A DNA stretch of 64,000 nt from Acidimicrobiia bacterium (GCA_041742825.1 JBGTNX010000045.1:14465-78464); one strand, 5' to 3'. Shown: positions 1 through 9,813, counted from the stretch's first letter. The notes: generated by a model from the letters alone, not told the origin. Translations and numbers: made by a program.

Positions 1-218
1 AAGAGCGAGTGCGGCGGCGGGTATCAGGATCAGGATCATCGAATCAGCCAGCGTAGAGGCCGCCGGCCGATCCGGCTCATTGCAGACCCGAAACGACTCC
101 GACCTCGCATCGGTCCCAAGTCCGAGTCACATGGCCGCAGCTGCTAGTCGCCGTTTCCCTTGTGGACGTGGGAGCGATGGCCGTCGCCATCGAATCCCAG
201 TCCGGAGAGTGCCGACCG

Positions 219-1628
219 TCACTTTCCTGACGAACCGGGGATCCCCTGCTCTTTCGCCCATTCGGTGGCGATCTCGAATGCCTCGTCCTTGGAGTACGGC
301 CCGTCGTTGATTCGCTTCTCGAGCAGGATGGTCATGATCTCCCCCACTCGAGGGCCCGGACCGATGCCGAGCATCTCCATGATCTCGTTGCCGTTGACCG
401 GTGGTCGCAGCCTCGATAGCTCCTCGCGTTGGCTCAGGTCTGCGATCCGCTCCTCGAGATCGTCGATACGCCTCTGGATCGCCCGCTCCCGCTTTTCGTT
501 TGCCGTGGTCACGTCGCATCTCACCAGCTCGTTGAGCCGGTCGACGAGTTCACCCGCGTCGCGCACGTAACGCCGGACCGCGGAGTCGGTCCAGCCCATG
601 TCGAGTGTGTGCGGTCGGAGATGGAGGTAAACGAGCTGGGATACGTCGTCAACGATCGAGTTCGGGTATTTGAGGGCCCGCAACCGCTTCCGGGTCATTC
701 GAGCCCCGACCACTTCGTGGTGATGGAATGACACGCCGCCAGGACCGAACTCCCGGGTGGCCGGTTTACCGATGTCGTGGAACAGGGCAGCCAAACGCAA
801 GACCAGGTCGGGAGAAGCTTTGTCGACGACGGCAAATGTGTGCCCCAGAACGTCCTTATGGCGGTGATGGGGATCCTGTTCCATGGCCAGCGCAGGCAGT
901 TCGGGGATGAAGTGCGCGGCAAGGCCGGCTTGGACCAGGGCGAGCAGCGCGTCGCCCGGGACCTCAGCGAGGAGGAGCTTCGACAGCTCGTCGCGAATCC
1001 GCTCCGCCGACACGATCTCGAGCCGGTCGCCCATTCCGCGGACAGCGCGGAGACTCTCTTCCTCCGGGGTGAATCCGAGAGTCGCCTGGAACCTGAACAG
1101 CCTGAGCATGCGCAGAGGATCGTCTGAGAAGCTCACCTCAGGGTCCATCGGCGTCCGCAAAACCTGAAGCCCGAGGTCGGTCAGCCCACCGCAGGGATCG
1201 ACCACCTCGACCGAAGGGAGGCGGACTGCGATCGCATTCACTGTGAAGTCGCGCCGCTGCAGGTCGGCTTCGACCTGGTCCGAGTAGGTCACGTTTGGTT
1301 TGCGGGAGTCGTCTCGATAGATCTCGTCGCGGAAAGTTGTGATCTCTATCGATGTCCCGTCCTTGATGGCGGCGATTGTCCCGAATGCTTCCCCGACCTT
1401 GTAAACGCTGTCGGCCCAGTCGCCAACGATCCTGCTGATGTCGTCGGGTCGGGCGTTGGTAGTGAAATCGAGGTCCCGGCGGTCGTCTCCTACCGGGCGG
1501 GCGAGGAAAGCATCGCGCACAGACCCGCCAACCATGTAGAGCTCATACCCGGCCGATTCGAAGAGGCCCGACAGCTGTGCGGGCACGCCGTCAGCCTCGA
1601 CGAGAAATTGGAGCCGTTCCGGGATCAC
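219..1628 (-). CDS. cca: CCA tRNA nucleotidyltransferase / poly(A) polymerase (PcnA-like) with C-terminal HD domain
   Basis: 469-aa ORF. The N-terminus (MVGGSVRD...DLDFTT) is the class II nucleotidyltransferase head. An HD-domain motif (LAALFHDIGKP) is present. Its position next to the ori-distal flank matches Rv3907c synteny. Confidence 0.85.
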   Translation of the reverse strand: MIPERLQFLVEADGVPAQLSGLFESAGYELYMVGGSVRDAFLARPVGDDRRDLDFTTNARPDDISRIVGDWADSVYKVGEAFGTIAAIKDGTSIEITTFRDEIYRDDSRKPNVTYSDQVEADLQRRDFTVNAIAVRLPSVEVVDPCGGLTDLGLQVLRTPMDPEVSFSDDPLRMLRLFRFQATLGFTPEEESLRAVRGMGDRLEIVSAERIRDELSKLLLAEVPGDALLALVQAGLAAHFIPELPALAMEQDPHHRHKDVLGHTFAVVDKASPDLVLRLAALFHDIGKPATREFGPGGVSFHHHEVVGARMTRKRLRALKYPNSIVDDVSQLVYLHLRPHTLDMGWTDSAVRRYVRDAGELVDRLNELVRCDVTTANEKRERAIQRRIDDLEERIADLSQREELSRLRPPVNGNEIMEMLGIGPGPRVGEIMTILLEKRINDGPYSKDEAFEIATEWAKEQGIPGSSGK

Positions 1629-1690
1629 CAGACCAGGTTATCTAGAAACGCCGCCGACCCCTGACCCAGCGGGGGCAAGTGGTGTGTCGG

Positions 1691-2770
1691 CTAGATCTCG
1701 ATGCCGGCTTCGTTCGCCTTTGCGCGGAGCTCGTGGACGTTGCGCACGTAGGGAAGTGCGACCGGAACCGAGACGGTCCGGTTCATCACCAGGCCAAGCA
1801 CGGACTGGTCGAAGGTCTGCATCCCGAAGTAGCCGCTCTCCTTGATGATTTCGACAAGGCTTCCCGGGTCATTTGGATTGAGGATCCATTCCTGGACCCG
1901 CTCATTATTGGTCATGACCTCACACGCCAGCACGTGGCCTGAATCGACCGTGTCGACCATCCTCTGGCTGAGAATTGCACTCAGTTGAGCAGCGAGCTGC
2001 GACCTCACGATCCCCTGCTGGGCATCGGGAAACAGCGATACGATCCTGTGCACGGTGTCGGCGGGGTCTGTGGTACGCATCGAGCTGATCACCAGGTGCC
2101 CGGTCTCCGCGGCGGTGATCGCTGCCCGCGCAGATTCGACGTCTTCGATCTCGCTGAGCATCAGCACATCGGTGTCGTGGCGCAATGCGCTCCTGATCGC
2201 AGCCGCCGGGTCGAGGGTGTCGACCCCGACCTCCCGCTGAACGACCACAGATCGCTTGTCGGGGTGGAGAAACTCGATCGGATCTTCGATGGTCATGATC
2301 GCACAGGCACGGTTGGAGTTGATCCAGTCGATCATCGAAGCCATCGTTGTCGACTTGCCCGAACCGGAGGGCCCGGTGACGAGAACCAGACCGGAATTAC
2401 TGCTCACCAGTTTCTCGACCACCTTGGGGACACCGAGTTCAATGAAGGATTTCGACCCGGGTACCACGCGGCGAAGCACCAACGAGACCGAGCCACGCTG
2501 GCGGAAAGCGCTGGCGCGGAAACGGCCGAGATCATGCCGTCCATAGGCGAAGTCGGCAGTGCCGAACTCTTTGAAATCGGAAGCGGCGCGGGAGGTGAAG
2601 ATTGCCTCTGCATAGGCCTTGGTGTCTGCGGGCGTTAGCTTCTCGAGGCCATTGAGCCTTGTCAGCTCGCCGTCCACCCGGGTTACGGGTGCAGAACCCA
2701 CCTTGAGGTGAATGTCCGACGCACCGGCATCAACCGCTTGCTGTAGCAACTCATCGATATTGATTGACAT
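1691..2770 (-). CDS. pilT: PilT-family type IV pilus retraction ATPase (orphan)
   Basis: 359 aa. Walker A is GPSGSGKST. The N-terminus (ASDIHL) and overall PilT/PilU architecture are present. No other pilus genes lie nearby. Confidence 0.85.
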   Translation of the reverse strand: MSINIDELLQQAVDAGASDIHLKVGSAPVTRVDGELTRLNGLEKLTPADTKAYAEAIFTSRAASDFKEFGTADFAYGRHDLGRFRASAFRQRGSVSLVLRRVVPGSKSFIELGVPKVVEKLVSSNSGLVLVTGPSGSGKSTTMASMIDWINSNRACAIMTIEDPIEFLHPDKRSVVVQREVGVDTLDPAAAIRSALRHDTDVLMLSEIEDVESARAAITAAETGHLVISSMRTTDPADTVHRIVSLFPDAQQGIVRSQLAAQLSAILSQRMVDTVDSGHVLACEVMTNNERVQEWILNPNDPGSLVEIIKESGYFGMQTFDQSVLGLVMNRTVSVPVALPYVRNVHELRAKANEAGIEI

Positions 2771-2841
2771 TGACCCTTCCGATCAGAAATCCGGTACCAG
2801 TTATCGGCGGGATCCACCAAAAAGTTGAGGAGTTGAGATCG

Positions 2842-3855
2842 TCAGACCGGAAAGTGCCTCGCGGCGATATTCCTGACCCTGTCCAGGCTTTCGAGAGCAC
2901 CGGTCGGTGAGGTGAAGGGAGGGCCAGGCTCGAAACGCCCGGCGAGACCGTCAACCGTTGCCCGCGCCGATTCCCGGAGAGCGTCGAGGTCGTAACCTCC
3001 CTCGAGCACGGCGACGATTCGGGAGGCGGGGAACTCCCTGGTCAGTTCACCCGCGATCCAGCCATAGTCGTCGGCGACGAGGCGGAGCCCGGCGAGATGG
3101 TCGAGGTGGTGAGCGTCATATCCGGCACTGATCAGAACCCAGTCAGGCTCGAAGCGCTCCACTGCAGGGAGAACCAGCGTTCTCCAGGCCTCCCGATAGA
3201 CGTCGCCGGCAGTGCCTGCGATCAGCGGAATGTTGAGGATCGTACCCGGGGAGGGTGCGCGATCCAGGGCCGACGGATCTCCCTCGAATGGATAGAAGGG
3301 ACTCTGGTGGAGGCTGACATAGAGCACGTCGGAGTCGTGGCCCACCATGGCCTCGGTCCCGTTGCCGTGATGGACATCCCAGTCGAGGATGGCGACACGC
3401 TGTCCTCTGCTCCGGAGCCACCCCGTCGCGACAACCACGTTGTTGAAGATGCAAAAACCCATGGCCCGGTCACGAAGGGCGTGATGACCGGGGGGCCTAG
3501 CCACAACAAAGCCGGTTGCGTCGGTCCTCCCCTCGACTTCTTCGACGGTAGCGATCACTCCCCCCGCCGACCTCAGGGCCGCTTCCCACGATTCTTCCGA
3601 GACGATTGTGTCCATGTCGAGGGCGCCCCCTCCCATCGAACAGAACGCCTCGATCATCTCGATGTATTTGCTGTCGTGGACCCTCTGCAGGTCTTTGCGG
3701 GAGACTTCAGGAGACTCGATGGTGTGGATGTCGAGCGTCGAGGCCTCGAGACCTGCGATCACCGCCGGGATGCGATGGGGGGACTCTGGATGGTTGCGAC
3801 TTGTGTCATGGGCCAGCGCCGCAGGATGGCTGGCAACTATCAGCTGCATCTTCAT
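2842..3855 (-). CDS. Histone deacetylase-family protein (AcuC/acetylpolyamine amidohydrolase-like)
   Basis: HDAC signature (DWDVHHGNGT, GGGY). The start is trimmed to ATG AAG ATG (MKMQLIV), which is preceded by a GGGAGAG RBS. The longer ORF-track start lacks an RBS. Confidence 0.8.
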   Translation of the reverse strand: MKMQLIVASHPAALAHDTSRNHPESPHRIPAVIAGLEASTLDIHTIESPEVSRKDLQRVHDSKYIEMIEAFCSMGGGALDMDTIVSEESWEAALRSAGGVIATVEEVEGRTDATGFVVARPPGHHALRDRAMGFCIFNNVVVATGWLRSRGQRVAILDWDVHHGNGTEAMVGHDSDVLYVSLHQSPFYPFEGDPSALDRAPSPGTILNIPLIAGTAGDVYREAWRTLVLPAVERFEPDWVLISAGYDAHHLDHLAGLRLVADDYGWIAGELTREFPASRIVAVLEGGYDLDALRESARATVDGLAGRFEPGPPFTSPTGALESLDRVRNIAARHFPV

Positions 3856-3963
3856 ACTCTCCCACAAGTGCCGCCAGCAATACAGATAGAAGGCAGTTGG
3901 CCGGGTGAGGTCGTCCTTCGCCGGGGATGGGCACGCGGGACGGCAAGGCAATGGAATCCCCTG

Positions 3964-4599
3964 ATGAATGCAGGTTCACTTCGCCTGCTCCGGGGCAACT
4001 CGGGCTTTCTGGCAGAAGCCACCGAATGGGTCGCCCGGGCTGCAGGCGGGCAGGTTCTCTCCCCCGCGCTCTACCCGTCGGCGGTCCGGATCTGGGAGCG
4101 GTCGGGGTATCAAGAGTTGCTCCGCCTCAACGTGATGGAGAAGGCGGTCCGACCGATTCTCTCGCAGACCCCGGGTTCGATCACCACCACGAGCGAGCCG
4201 GACTTTTCTGCCCTCGAGGCGGTAGACCGCACCGCCTTCGACCGTTTCTGGCATATGGGTGCGGGAGGGCTCGATGAGGCGTTCCGGGCAACACCTCGTT
4301 CGGTTGTGGTCGAAGCGCGCCAGGACGGCAACCTCGTCGGATATGCGATGATCGGCAGCCAGGCAGGCTCTTGTTTCGTGCAAAGAGTGGCGGTAGATCC
4401 ATCCAGCCGAGGACAGGGACTGGGCTCGGCGATGATGAGCCGCTCCGAAGACTGGGCCCAGCGGGCGGGTGCGTTGACGATGATCCTGAATGTGCGCCCC
4501 GACAATGAACAGGCGCGCAATCTCTACAAGCGCCACGGTTTCCTCGACACGGTCGCCCGGTTGCACGTGCTCAGCTTCCCGGCCGATAGCCTCCACTAA
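3964..4599 (+). CDS. GNAT-family N-acetyltransferase
   Basis: This is the C-terminal part of the 3097..4599 ORF. An acetyl-CoA binding motif (QRVAVDPSSRGQGLGSAMM) is present. The N-terminal 285 codons of that ORF are antisense to the HDAC gene and are rejected. ATG at 3964. Confidence 0.7.
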   Translation: MNAGSLRLLRGNSGFLAEATEWVARAAGGQVLSPALYPSAVRIWERSGYQELLRLNVMEKAVRPILSQTPGSITTTSEPDFSALEAVDRTAFDRFWHMGAGGLDEAFRATPRSVVVEARQDGNLVGYAMIGSQAGSCFVQRVAVDPSSRGQGLGSAMMSRSEDWAQRAGALTMILNVRPDNEQARNLYKRHGFLDTVARLHVLSFPADSLH

Positions 4600-5888
4600 T
4601 GCCTGCCGCTATCCCGGACCGCTATCACCTCGACCTACGGCTCGGACGCGATGGAGACATCGAGGAGTGGCTGGCATCGGACACCTCGCTCGACCGCCCC
4701 ATTTTGATCCGGTCCCTCGGACCCGAGGCCGGCGAGGAACGCAGGACCCAGTTCGTGGCCACGGTTTCTTCAGCCGCCAAGGCGCATCATCCCCACCTCT
4801 CCAAAGTCTTCGTCGTCGAAGAGGTGAAGGGCGGCGCCTACGCAGTCAGCGAGTGGACCGGTGGTGCCACCATGGCCGATCGGGTCAGCGCGGAGTCGGG
4901 CATCGAATTGGAGGAGTTCCTCCCGAATGCAACCGGGCTCGCAGGCGCCCTGGCCGCCCTGCATGAGACCGGGGTGACCCACGGTTCGATCGACCTCTCC
5001 GCAATCACCTACTCCGAGGCCCACCCGGCGAAGCTCGGGGCCTTCGGCCGTCCGTTCACAGGCGACAAAGAGTCAGACGTCCGCGCCCTCGCCGCGGCGC
5101 TCGAGTCAGCACTGACCGGCGAACCGCCGGGGGGTCCGCCCCCATCAGAGTCGATCGACGGGATATCGCCGATGATCGACAGGATTCTCCGCGCCGGCCA
5201 GAACGGCTCTTATACCGCCTCTGAATTCGAAAAGGCACTGAGCGCGGCGCCCACCCCCCGCCGTCCCCGCCCCGAACCGGCGTCGACTTCGCGTCGACTT
5301 CTCTATTCGGCCCTCGGGTTGGTGCTCCTTGCCATCGCCCTCGTCGGTCTCGGTGCGTTGTTCGGGACACCTGCCAACCCGATCGTACCGACTCCAACCA
5401 CGGTTTCGGGCGACTCGACAACCGTCACTTCGGACCCAACTACCCCCGCCACAGGAAGCGGGGCCGTAGAGATCGTCACCATTGCAGCCCACGACCCGTT
5501 CGGGGAGGGTGGCGAAAACGACAACCTGGTGGAGAACCTCATCGACGGAAGCCTTACCACCACCTGGCAGACCGAGCACTATCAGGACAGGCTCCCGCTG
5601 ATAAAGCCCGGGGTTGGAGTGGTGGCGACAGTGCGGGGAACCCCAAAGCAGATGCACCTGGCCGGCCTGTCCCAGGGCACAGTGTTCGAGATCCGTTGGT
5701 CGCCTTCTGTGATCGACAATCCCGAGGATTGGGTCAGGGTCGCGGCTGGCACTGCCCCAGCAGGCACCACCTCTGTGGACCTCCCAGAGCGGGTCGACGG
5801 ATTCTGGTTGCTCTGGATGATCGATCTGCCTCTCCAGAGCGATGGGACCTATTACGCACAGCTTTCCCAATTACGATTGGAGCCGTGA
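4599..5888 (+). CDS. Stand-alone MviN-type pseudokinase + TM + extracellular domain protein (no MurJ domain)
   Basis: Kinase-like fold with degenerate catalytic motifs (HGS in place of HRD, no DFG Asp). It has a central TM helix (LLYSALGLVLLAIALVGLGALF) and a C-terminal ectodomain. Position immediately upstream of the SigM-like gene matches Rv3910, but the N-terminal flippase is absent. TAATG overlap with the GNAT stop. Confidence 0.6.
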   Translation: MPAAIPDRYHLDLRLGRDGDIEEWLASDTSLDRPILIRSLGPEAGEERRTQFVATVSSAAKAHHPHLSKVFVVEEVKGGAYAVSEWTGGATMADRVSAESGIELEEFLPNATGLAGALAALHETGVTHGSIDLSAITYSEAHPAKLGAFGRPFTGDKESDVRALAAALESALTGEPPGGPPPSESIDGISPMIDRILRAGQNGSYTASEFEKALSAAPTPRRPRPEPASTSRRLLYSALGLVLLAIALVGLGALFGTPANPIVPTPTTVSGDSTTVTSDPTTPATGSGAVEIVTIAAHDPFGEGGENDNLVENLIDGSLTTTWQTEHYQDRLPLIKPGVGVVATVRGTPKQMHLAGLSQGTVFEIRWSPSVIDNPEDWVRVAAGTAPAGTTSVDLPERVDGFWLLWMIDLPLQSDGTYYAQLSQLRLEP

Positions 5889-6436
5889 CGACTCCACCCA
5901 CCGACATCGAATTGGTCGGGCGCGTGGTGTCTGGCGACCACGGTGCTTTCGAACTCGTTATGCGCCAGCATGAAGACCGTGTGTTCTCTGTGTGCCTCAG
6001 GATCACCGGTAACCGTGACAGCGCTCTCGACGCGACTCAAGAGACCTTTCTCACAGTGTTTCGCAAGGCAGGCCAATTCAAAGGGGACGCAGCCCTGGGC
6101 ACCTGGATCTACCGGATTGCGGTAAACACTTGCTACGACCAACTGCGCAAGGCGAAACGGCGGAAAACCGACTCGATGCCGGACTATCTCGATCCCGTGG
6201 ACCCCTCAGCGGAGAGCGCGATCGACTCAGCCGCTCTTCGTCCGGAGATGCAAGCCGCCCTTGCCGGCCTGCCCGCCGATTTCAGGGCCGCGATCGTGCT
6301 TTCCGACATCGAAGGCATGTCGATGACCGAAGTGGCCCAGGTCCTCGGAGTGCCCACTGGAACGGTCAAATCGCGATTGTTTCGGGGTCGTCGACTCCTC
6401 GCCGAACATTTGGGGTCCGGGAACCATTCAGCATGA
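5885..6436 (+). CDS. ECF sigma factor (SigM-like)
   Basis: Sigma-70 region 2 (TFLTVFRKAGQF, WIYRIAVN) and region 4 (MSMTEVAQVLGVPTGTVKSRL). GTG start overlaps the preceding stop (GTGA). Synteny with trxB/trxA. Confidence 0.85.
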   Translation: MTTPPTDIELVGRVVSGDHGAFELVMRQHEDRVFSVCLRITGNRDSALDATQETFLTVFRKAGQFKGDAALGTWIYRIAVNTCYDQLRKAKRRKTDSMPDYLDPVDPSAESAIDSAALRPEMQAALAGLPADFRAAIVLSDIEGMSMTEVAQVLGVPTGTVKSRLFRGRRLLAEHLGSGNHSA

Positions 6437-6457
6437 TGGAGCATCCAAGAGAGAGCC

Positions 6458-7198
6458 ATGCACAAGCACGACCTTGAACTGATCGCCGAATACGCAGCCG
6501 GGACCCTCGAAGACGAGTCTGAGGCACGCGCCCGCGTCGAGTCGTGCCATACCTGTGCTCAGGAGTTCACCGCTCAGAATTCGATCCTCGCCGAGCTGAC
6601 CGGCATCGGACCAGCGCTGATGACCGAATACGAACGTGCCCGTCTGCACCGCGACGTGTGGACCGAGCTCCGCTCCCCCGCTGACACCGCCAAGCCGGCA
6701 ATGTCGAGTCCGTGGTGGCGGAGTTGGAGTTTCGGCGCTGCTGCGTTCGTCGTTGTGGCAGTCTCGCTGGTCGGGGTTATGGAAAACTTCGCCGGCGGAG
6801 ACGACTCGGCGACACTCAACGCGGCCGAATTCGATTCGGGGGCTGATGGCACTGCCGACACCCGCGCCGAGGAGGCGGCGGGAGGCGGCGAGCAAGGCGA
6901 AGAGGCGCTCGCACCTGATGTCGACAATGACCTGACCGACCGTGGGGAGGAAACTCCGTATCTCCTTATCGCCCGGGAGGTCCGACAGGGCCCGCCGAGC
7001 GAAGCGGGGGTCCTAGCCTTTGACCAGAAGCAAGCCGACTGTCTCGCGCAAAGCGGACTCATCGACCACGAGATAGTCGACGGCTTCGAGACAGTGACCG
7101 ATCTGCTGGTTGCCGTACCCACCGGGACAGACCTCGAAGTTGCTCCAGTTGTCTTCGTCGACCCCGAAAACTGCACTGTCGTCCACAGAGAAGACTGA
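6458..7198 (+). CDS. Transmembrane anti-sigma factor (ZAS-like, RsmA-like)
   Basis: HxxxCxxC motif (SCHTCAQEF) in the N-terminal domain. Single TM (FGAAAFVVVAVSLVGV). Acidic extracytoplasmic tail. Lies directly downstream of the ECF sigma. Confidence 0.6.
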   Translation: MHKHDLELIAEYAAGTLEDESEARARVESCHTCAQEFTAQNSILAELTGIGPALMTEYERARLHRDVWTELRSPADTAKPAMSSPWWRSWSFGAAAFVVVAVSLVGVMENFAGGDDSATLNAAEFDSGADGTADTRAEEAAGGGEQGEEALAPDVDNDLTDRGEETPYLLIAREVRQGPPSEAGVLAFDQKQADCLAQSGLIDHEIVDGFETVTDLLVAVPTGTDLEVAPVVFVDPENCTVVHRED

Positions 7199-7229
7199 TT
7201 CTCCTCAGCTCAAACTATCCTCAAGGGAT

Positions 7230-7496
7230 ATGGAGCAACTCGCCGCGCAATTCGCCGACCTCGTCGAAGCCGTCGCCAACAAAGTCCGGTCTCTCACCGT
7301 GGACCGGGTCGCCAAAGGAGTCAGGCTGACCGGGCTGGGAATCCTGGCAGCCACTTTGGGGTTGACTGCTTTGCTGTTTCTGTTCTGGGCGATCTTCGGG
7401 GCCCTCGAAATCCCCCTGACCACGGCCGGAGCATTTGGTGTCGTGGCCGCAGTCCTGATCGGTGGCGGCATCATCATTTGGAGCAAACGAACCTGA
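7230..7496 (+). CDS. Small two-TM membrane protein (hypothetical)
   Basis: Internal ATG (MEQLAAQ) preceded by an AAGGGA RBS. Two hydrophobic helices. The longer ORF-track N-terminus is low-complexity. Confidence 0.4.
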   Translation: MEQLAAQFADLVEAVANKVRSLTVDRVAKGVRLTGLGILAATLGLTALLFLFWAIFGALEIPLTTAGAFGVVAAVLIGGGIIIWSKRT

Positions 7497-7503
7497 GGTC
7501 GAA

Positions 7504-8433
7504 ATGAACCAAGAAGATCTGATCATCATCGGATCGGGGCCCGCCGGCCACACCGCTGCGCTGTACGCATCCCGGGCCAGCCTCGACCCTCTCATGTTCG
7601 AAGGATCCGTCTCGGGCGGCCAGCTGATGATCACCACCGATGTCGAGAACTACCCCGGGTTCCCGGATGGGATCCTCGGCCCCGAACTGATGGAGAAATT
7701 CAGGAAGCAATCGGAGAGGTTCGGGACCCGGATGCGGGCGGTCGATGTCACCTCCGTCGATTTCTCCTCCAGGCCCTTCCGGGTCTCGGCCTCGGGCGAC
7801 GAGTTCGAGGCCAAGGCAGTGATCGTTTCCACGGGGGCCACCGCCAAATGGCTGGGGATTCCCGGCGAGGTGAACCTCACCGGCAAAGGTGTCTCGGCTT
7901 GCGCTACCTGCGATGGGTTCTTTTTCCGAGAGCAGGAGTTGGTGGTAGTGGGCGGCGGCGACACGGCCATGGAGGAGTCGCTATTCCTCACCAAGTTCGC
8001 CTCGAAGGTAACTGTTGTCCACCGCCGCGACGAGTTCCGCGCCTCGAAGATCATGGCGGACCGGGTTCTCTCCCACGACAAAATCGAGGTGATTTGGAAC
8101 ACAATTGTCACCGAGATCCGCGGCGATTCGTCAGTGACCGGGGTCACCCTCGAAGATGTCAACACCGGGGAAACGCGGGAGTTCGCCACCGACGGGGTAT
8201 TCGTTGCCATCGGTCACAAGCCGAACACCGAGATCTTTGCCGACCAGCTCGATTGTGACGAGAACGGATACATCGTCGTGGAGCCCGGGACGACGCGGAC
8301 CTCGGTCGAGGGCGTCTTTGCCGCCGGCGACGTCGCCGACCATGTCTATCGCCAGGCGGTGACTGCGGCCGGGACCGGATGTATGGCCGCCATCGACGCC
8401 GAACGCTGGTTGGCAAACCAGGAAGAGCATTGA
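7504..8433 (+). CDS. trxB: Thioredoxin-disulfide reductase
   Basis: FAD motif [10 protein letters not shown]. Redox-active CATC. NADPH motif [12 protein letters not shown] at 7504 with a GAGGTCG RBS. Confidence 0.95.
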   Translation: MNQEDLIIIGSGPAGHTAALYASRASLDPLMFEGSVSGGQLMITTDVENYPGFPDGILGPELMEKFRKQSERFGTRMRAVDVTSVDFSSRPFRVSASGDEFEAKAVIVSTGATAKWLGIPGEVNLTGKGVSACATCDGFFFREQELVVVGGGDTAMEESLFLTKFASKVTVVHRRDEFRASKIMADRVLSHDKIEVIWNTIVTEIRGDSSVTGVTLEDVNTGETREFATDGVFVAIGHKPNTEIFADQLDCDENGYIVVEPGTTRTSVEGVFAAGDVADHVYRQAVTAAGTGCMAAIDAERWLANQEEH

Positions 8434-8461
8434 ACCAAGTCATCAACCCCAAGGAGACGCA

Positions 8462-8779
8462 ATGGCTGACATAGTCACACTCAACGAAGGCACCTTCAAC
8501 GATGCCATCAGTTCCGACACCCCGGTGCTCGTCGATTTCTGGGCGGAGTGGTGCCATCCGTGCCGTCTTATCGCTCCCGTTCTGGAAGAAATTTCCAAAG
8601 AGACCGACGCATTGACGATTGCGAAACTCAATGTCGACGAGAACCCGGGGCCGGCCGGCCAGCACGATGTGATGAGTATCCCCACCATGATCGTTTTCAA
8701 GGACGGGGTCGAGAAGAAGCGAATCGTCGGGGCCGCCCCCAAGAGCAGGATCCTCCAGGAACTCTCCGAATTCCTTTGA
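8462..8779 (+). CDS. trxA: Thioredoxin (atypical WCHPC active site)
   Basis: 105 aa with a thioredoxin fold. The active site reads WAEWCHPCRLIAP instead of the canonical WCGPC. Confidence 0.9.
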   Translation: MADIVTLNEGTFNDAISSDTPVLVDFWAEWCHPCRLIAPVLEEISKETDALTIAKLNVDENPGPAGQHDVMSIPTMIVFKDGVEKKRIVGAAPKSRILQELSEFL

Positions 8780-8811
8780 TCGCAAGCCAATTCGGGTCGG
8801 GAGTGTCCTGA

Positions 8812-9813
8812 ATGCGCCTGTATCAGGAGGGTGCTGACGGTACTGCCGTCCGAGACATCCAGGCCCGGCTCGAAGCCCTCGGTCACAGCACCGATCCCGA
8901 CAGTTCAGGTAGCTTCGGGGACGGCACAAGGTCGGCCGTGGTGCGGTTCCAAAAGGCAAAGGGCCTCGAGGCCGACGGCATCGTCGGGCCTGACACATGG
9001 CGCTCGCTCTATGAGGCGGGATACCGCTTTGGCGACCGTCTCCTCTTCTTGCGACGTCCGATGATGCGTGGCGAGGACGTGGCTGAGGCGCAGTCCCGGC
9101 TCAGCGCTCTCGGATTCGATACCGGCAAAGTCGACGGCATTTTCGGCCCGGACACCGAGCGAGCAGTGCTGGAGTTCCAGCACAACAGGGTCCTCGCCGA
9201 GGATGGGAAGATCGGCCCGGCAGTTGTCACCGAAATCCAGTTGGTGACACGCGGTGAGATGAAGAAGGGCCGCTACGCAATCCGGGAACGCGAGTGGCTG
9301 CACCGACTCCCCCGCTCGGTGGCCGGAGCCAGGGTCTACCTCGACGCCGGTTGCCGATCGGAGTTGGAATCGCGCACTGCGTGGGAAGCAGCGTCTGCGG
9401 CTGCGCTACACCTCCAGGAACTCGGTGGCCTTCCGATCATGAGCCGCTCCCTGGAAACCCACCTTCCGGAACGGGTGCGCGCCCGGAGGGCCAATCGACT
9501 CGGTGCCGACCTGATTGTTGCGTTCCAGCTCGATTCCGAAAGCCAGAACTGTGTCTTCTACTTCGCTTCGGAGCACGGCCAATCAGAAGTCGGTGAGAAG
9601 CTGGCAATTGCAATTGCCTCCCGCACCGGTGCCCGCGTCGAGGGCCGTGCCAACGCGCTACTCAAGGAGACGAGCGCACCGGCAATCGTTGTGAGTATGG
9701 CCGAGCTCTCAGCCGGAATTGGGGCAGCCGTCACCGAAGGGCTCAAGGACTTCTTCGCTGAGTACGGAGGAAGCTCCGGTGAGGTCGAGGTGGCTGTTAC
9801 CCCGCAGTCATGA
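8812..9813 (+). CDS. N-acetylmuramoyl-L-alanine amidase with two peptidoglycan-binding domains (CwlM-like)
   Basis: Two PG_binding_1-like repeats (DGxFGxxTxxAVxxFQ) followed by an amidase_3 domain. Position after trxA matches mycobacterial cwlM. Confidence 0.85.
   Translation: MRLYQEGADGTAVRDIQARLEALGHSTDPDSSGSFGDGTRSAVVRFQKAKGLEADGIVGPDTWRSLYEAGYRFGDRLLFLRRPMMRGEDVAEAQSRLSALGFDTGKVDGIFGPDTERAVLEFQHNRVLAEDGKIGPAVVTEIQLVTRGEMKKGRYAIREREWLHRLPRSVAGARVYLDAGCRSELESRTAWEAASAAALHLQELGGLPIMSRSLETHLPERVRARRANRLGADLIVAFQLDSESQNCVFYFASEHGQSEVGEKLAIAIASRTGARVEGRANALLKETSAPAIVVSMAELSAGIGAAVTEGLKDFFAEYGGSSGEVEVAVTPQS

Noticed and set aside
3097-3963. N-terminal 285 codons of the 500-aa ORF 3097..4599
   Set aside because: Antisense to the HDAC gene. 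Only the GNAT portion from ATG 3964 has a recognisable fold and start context.
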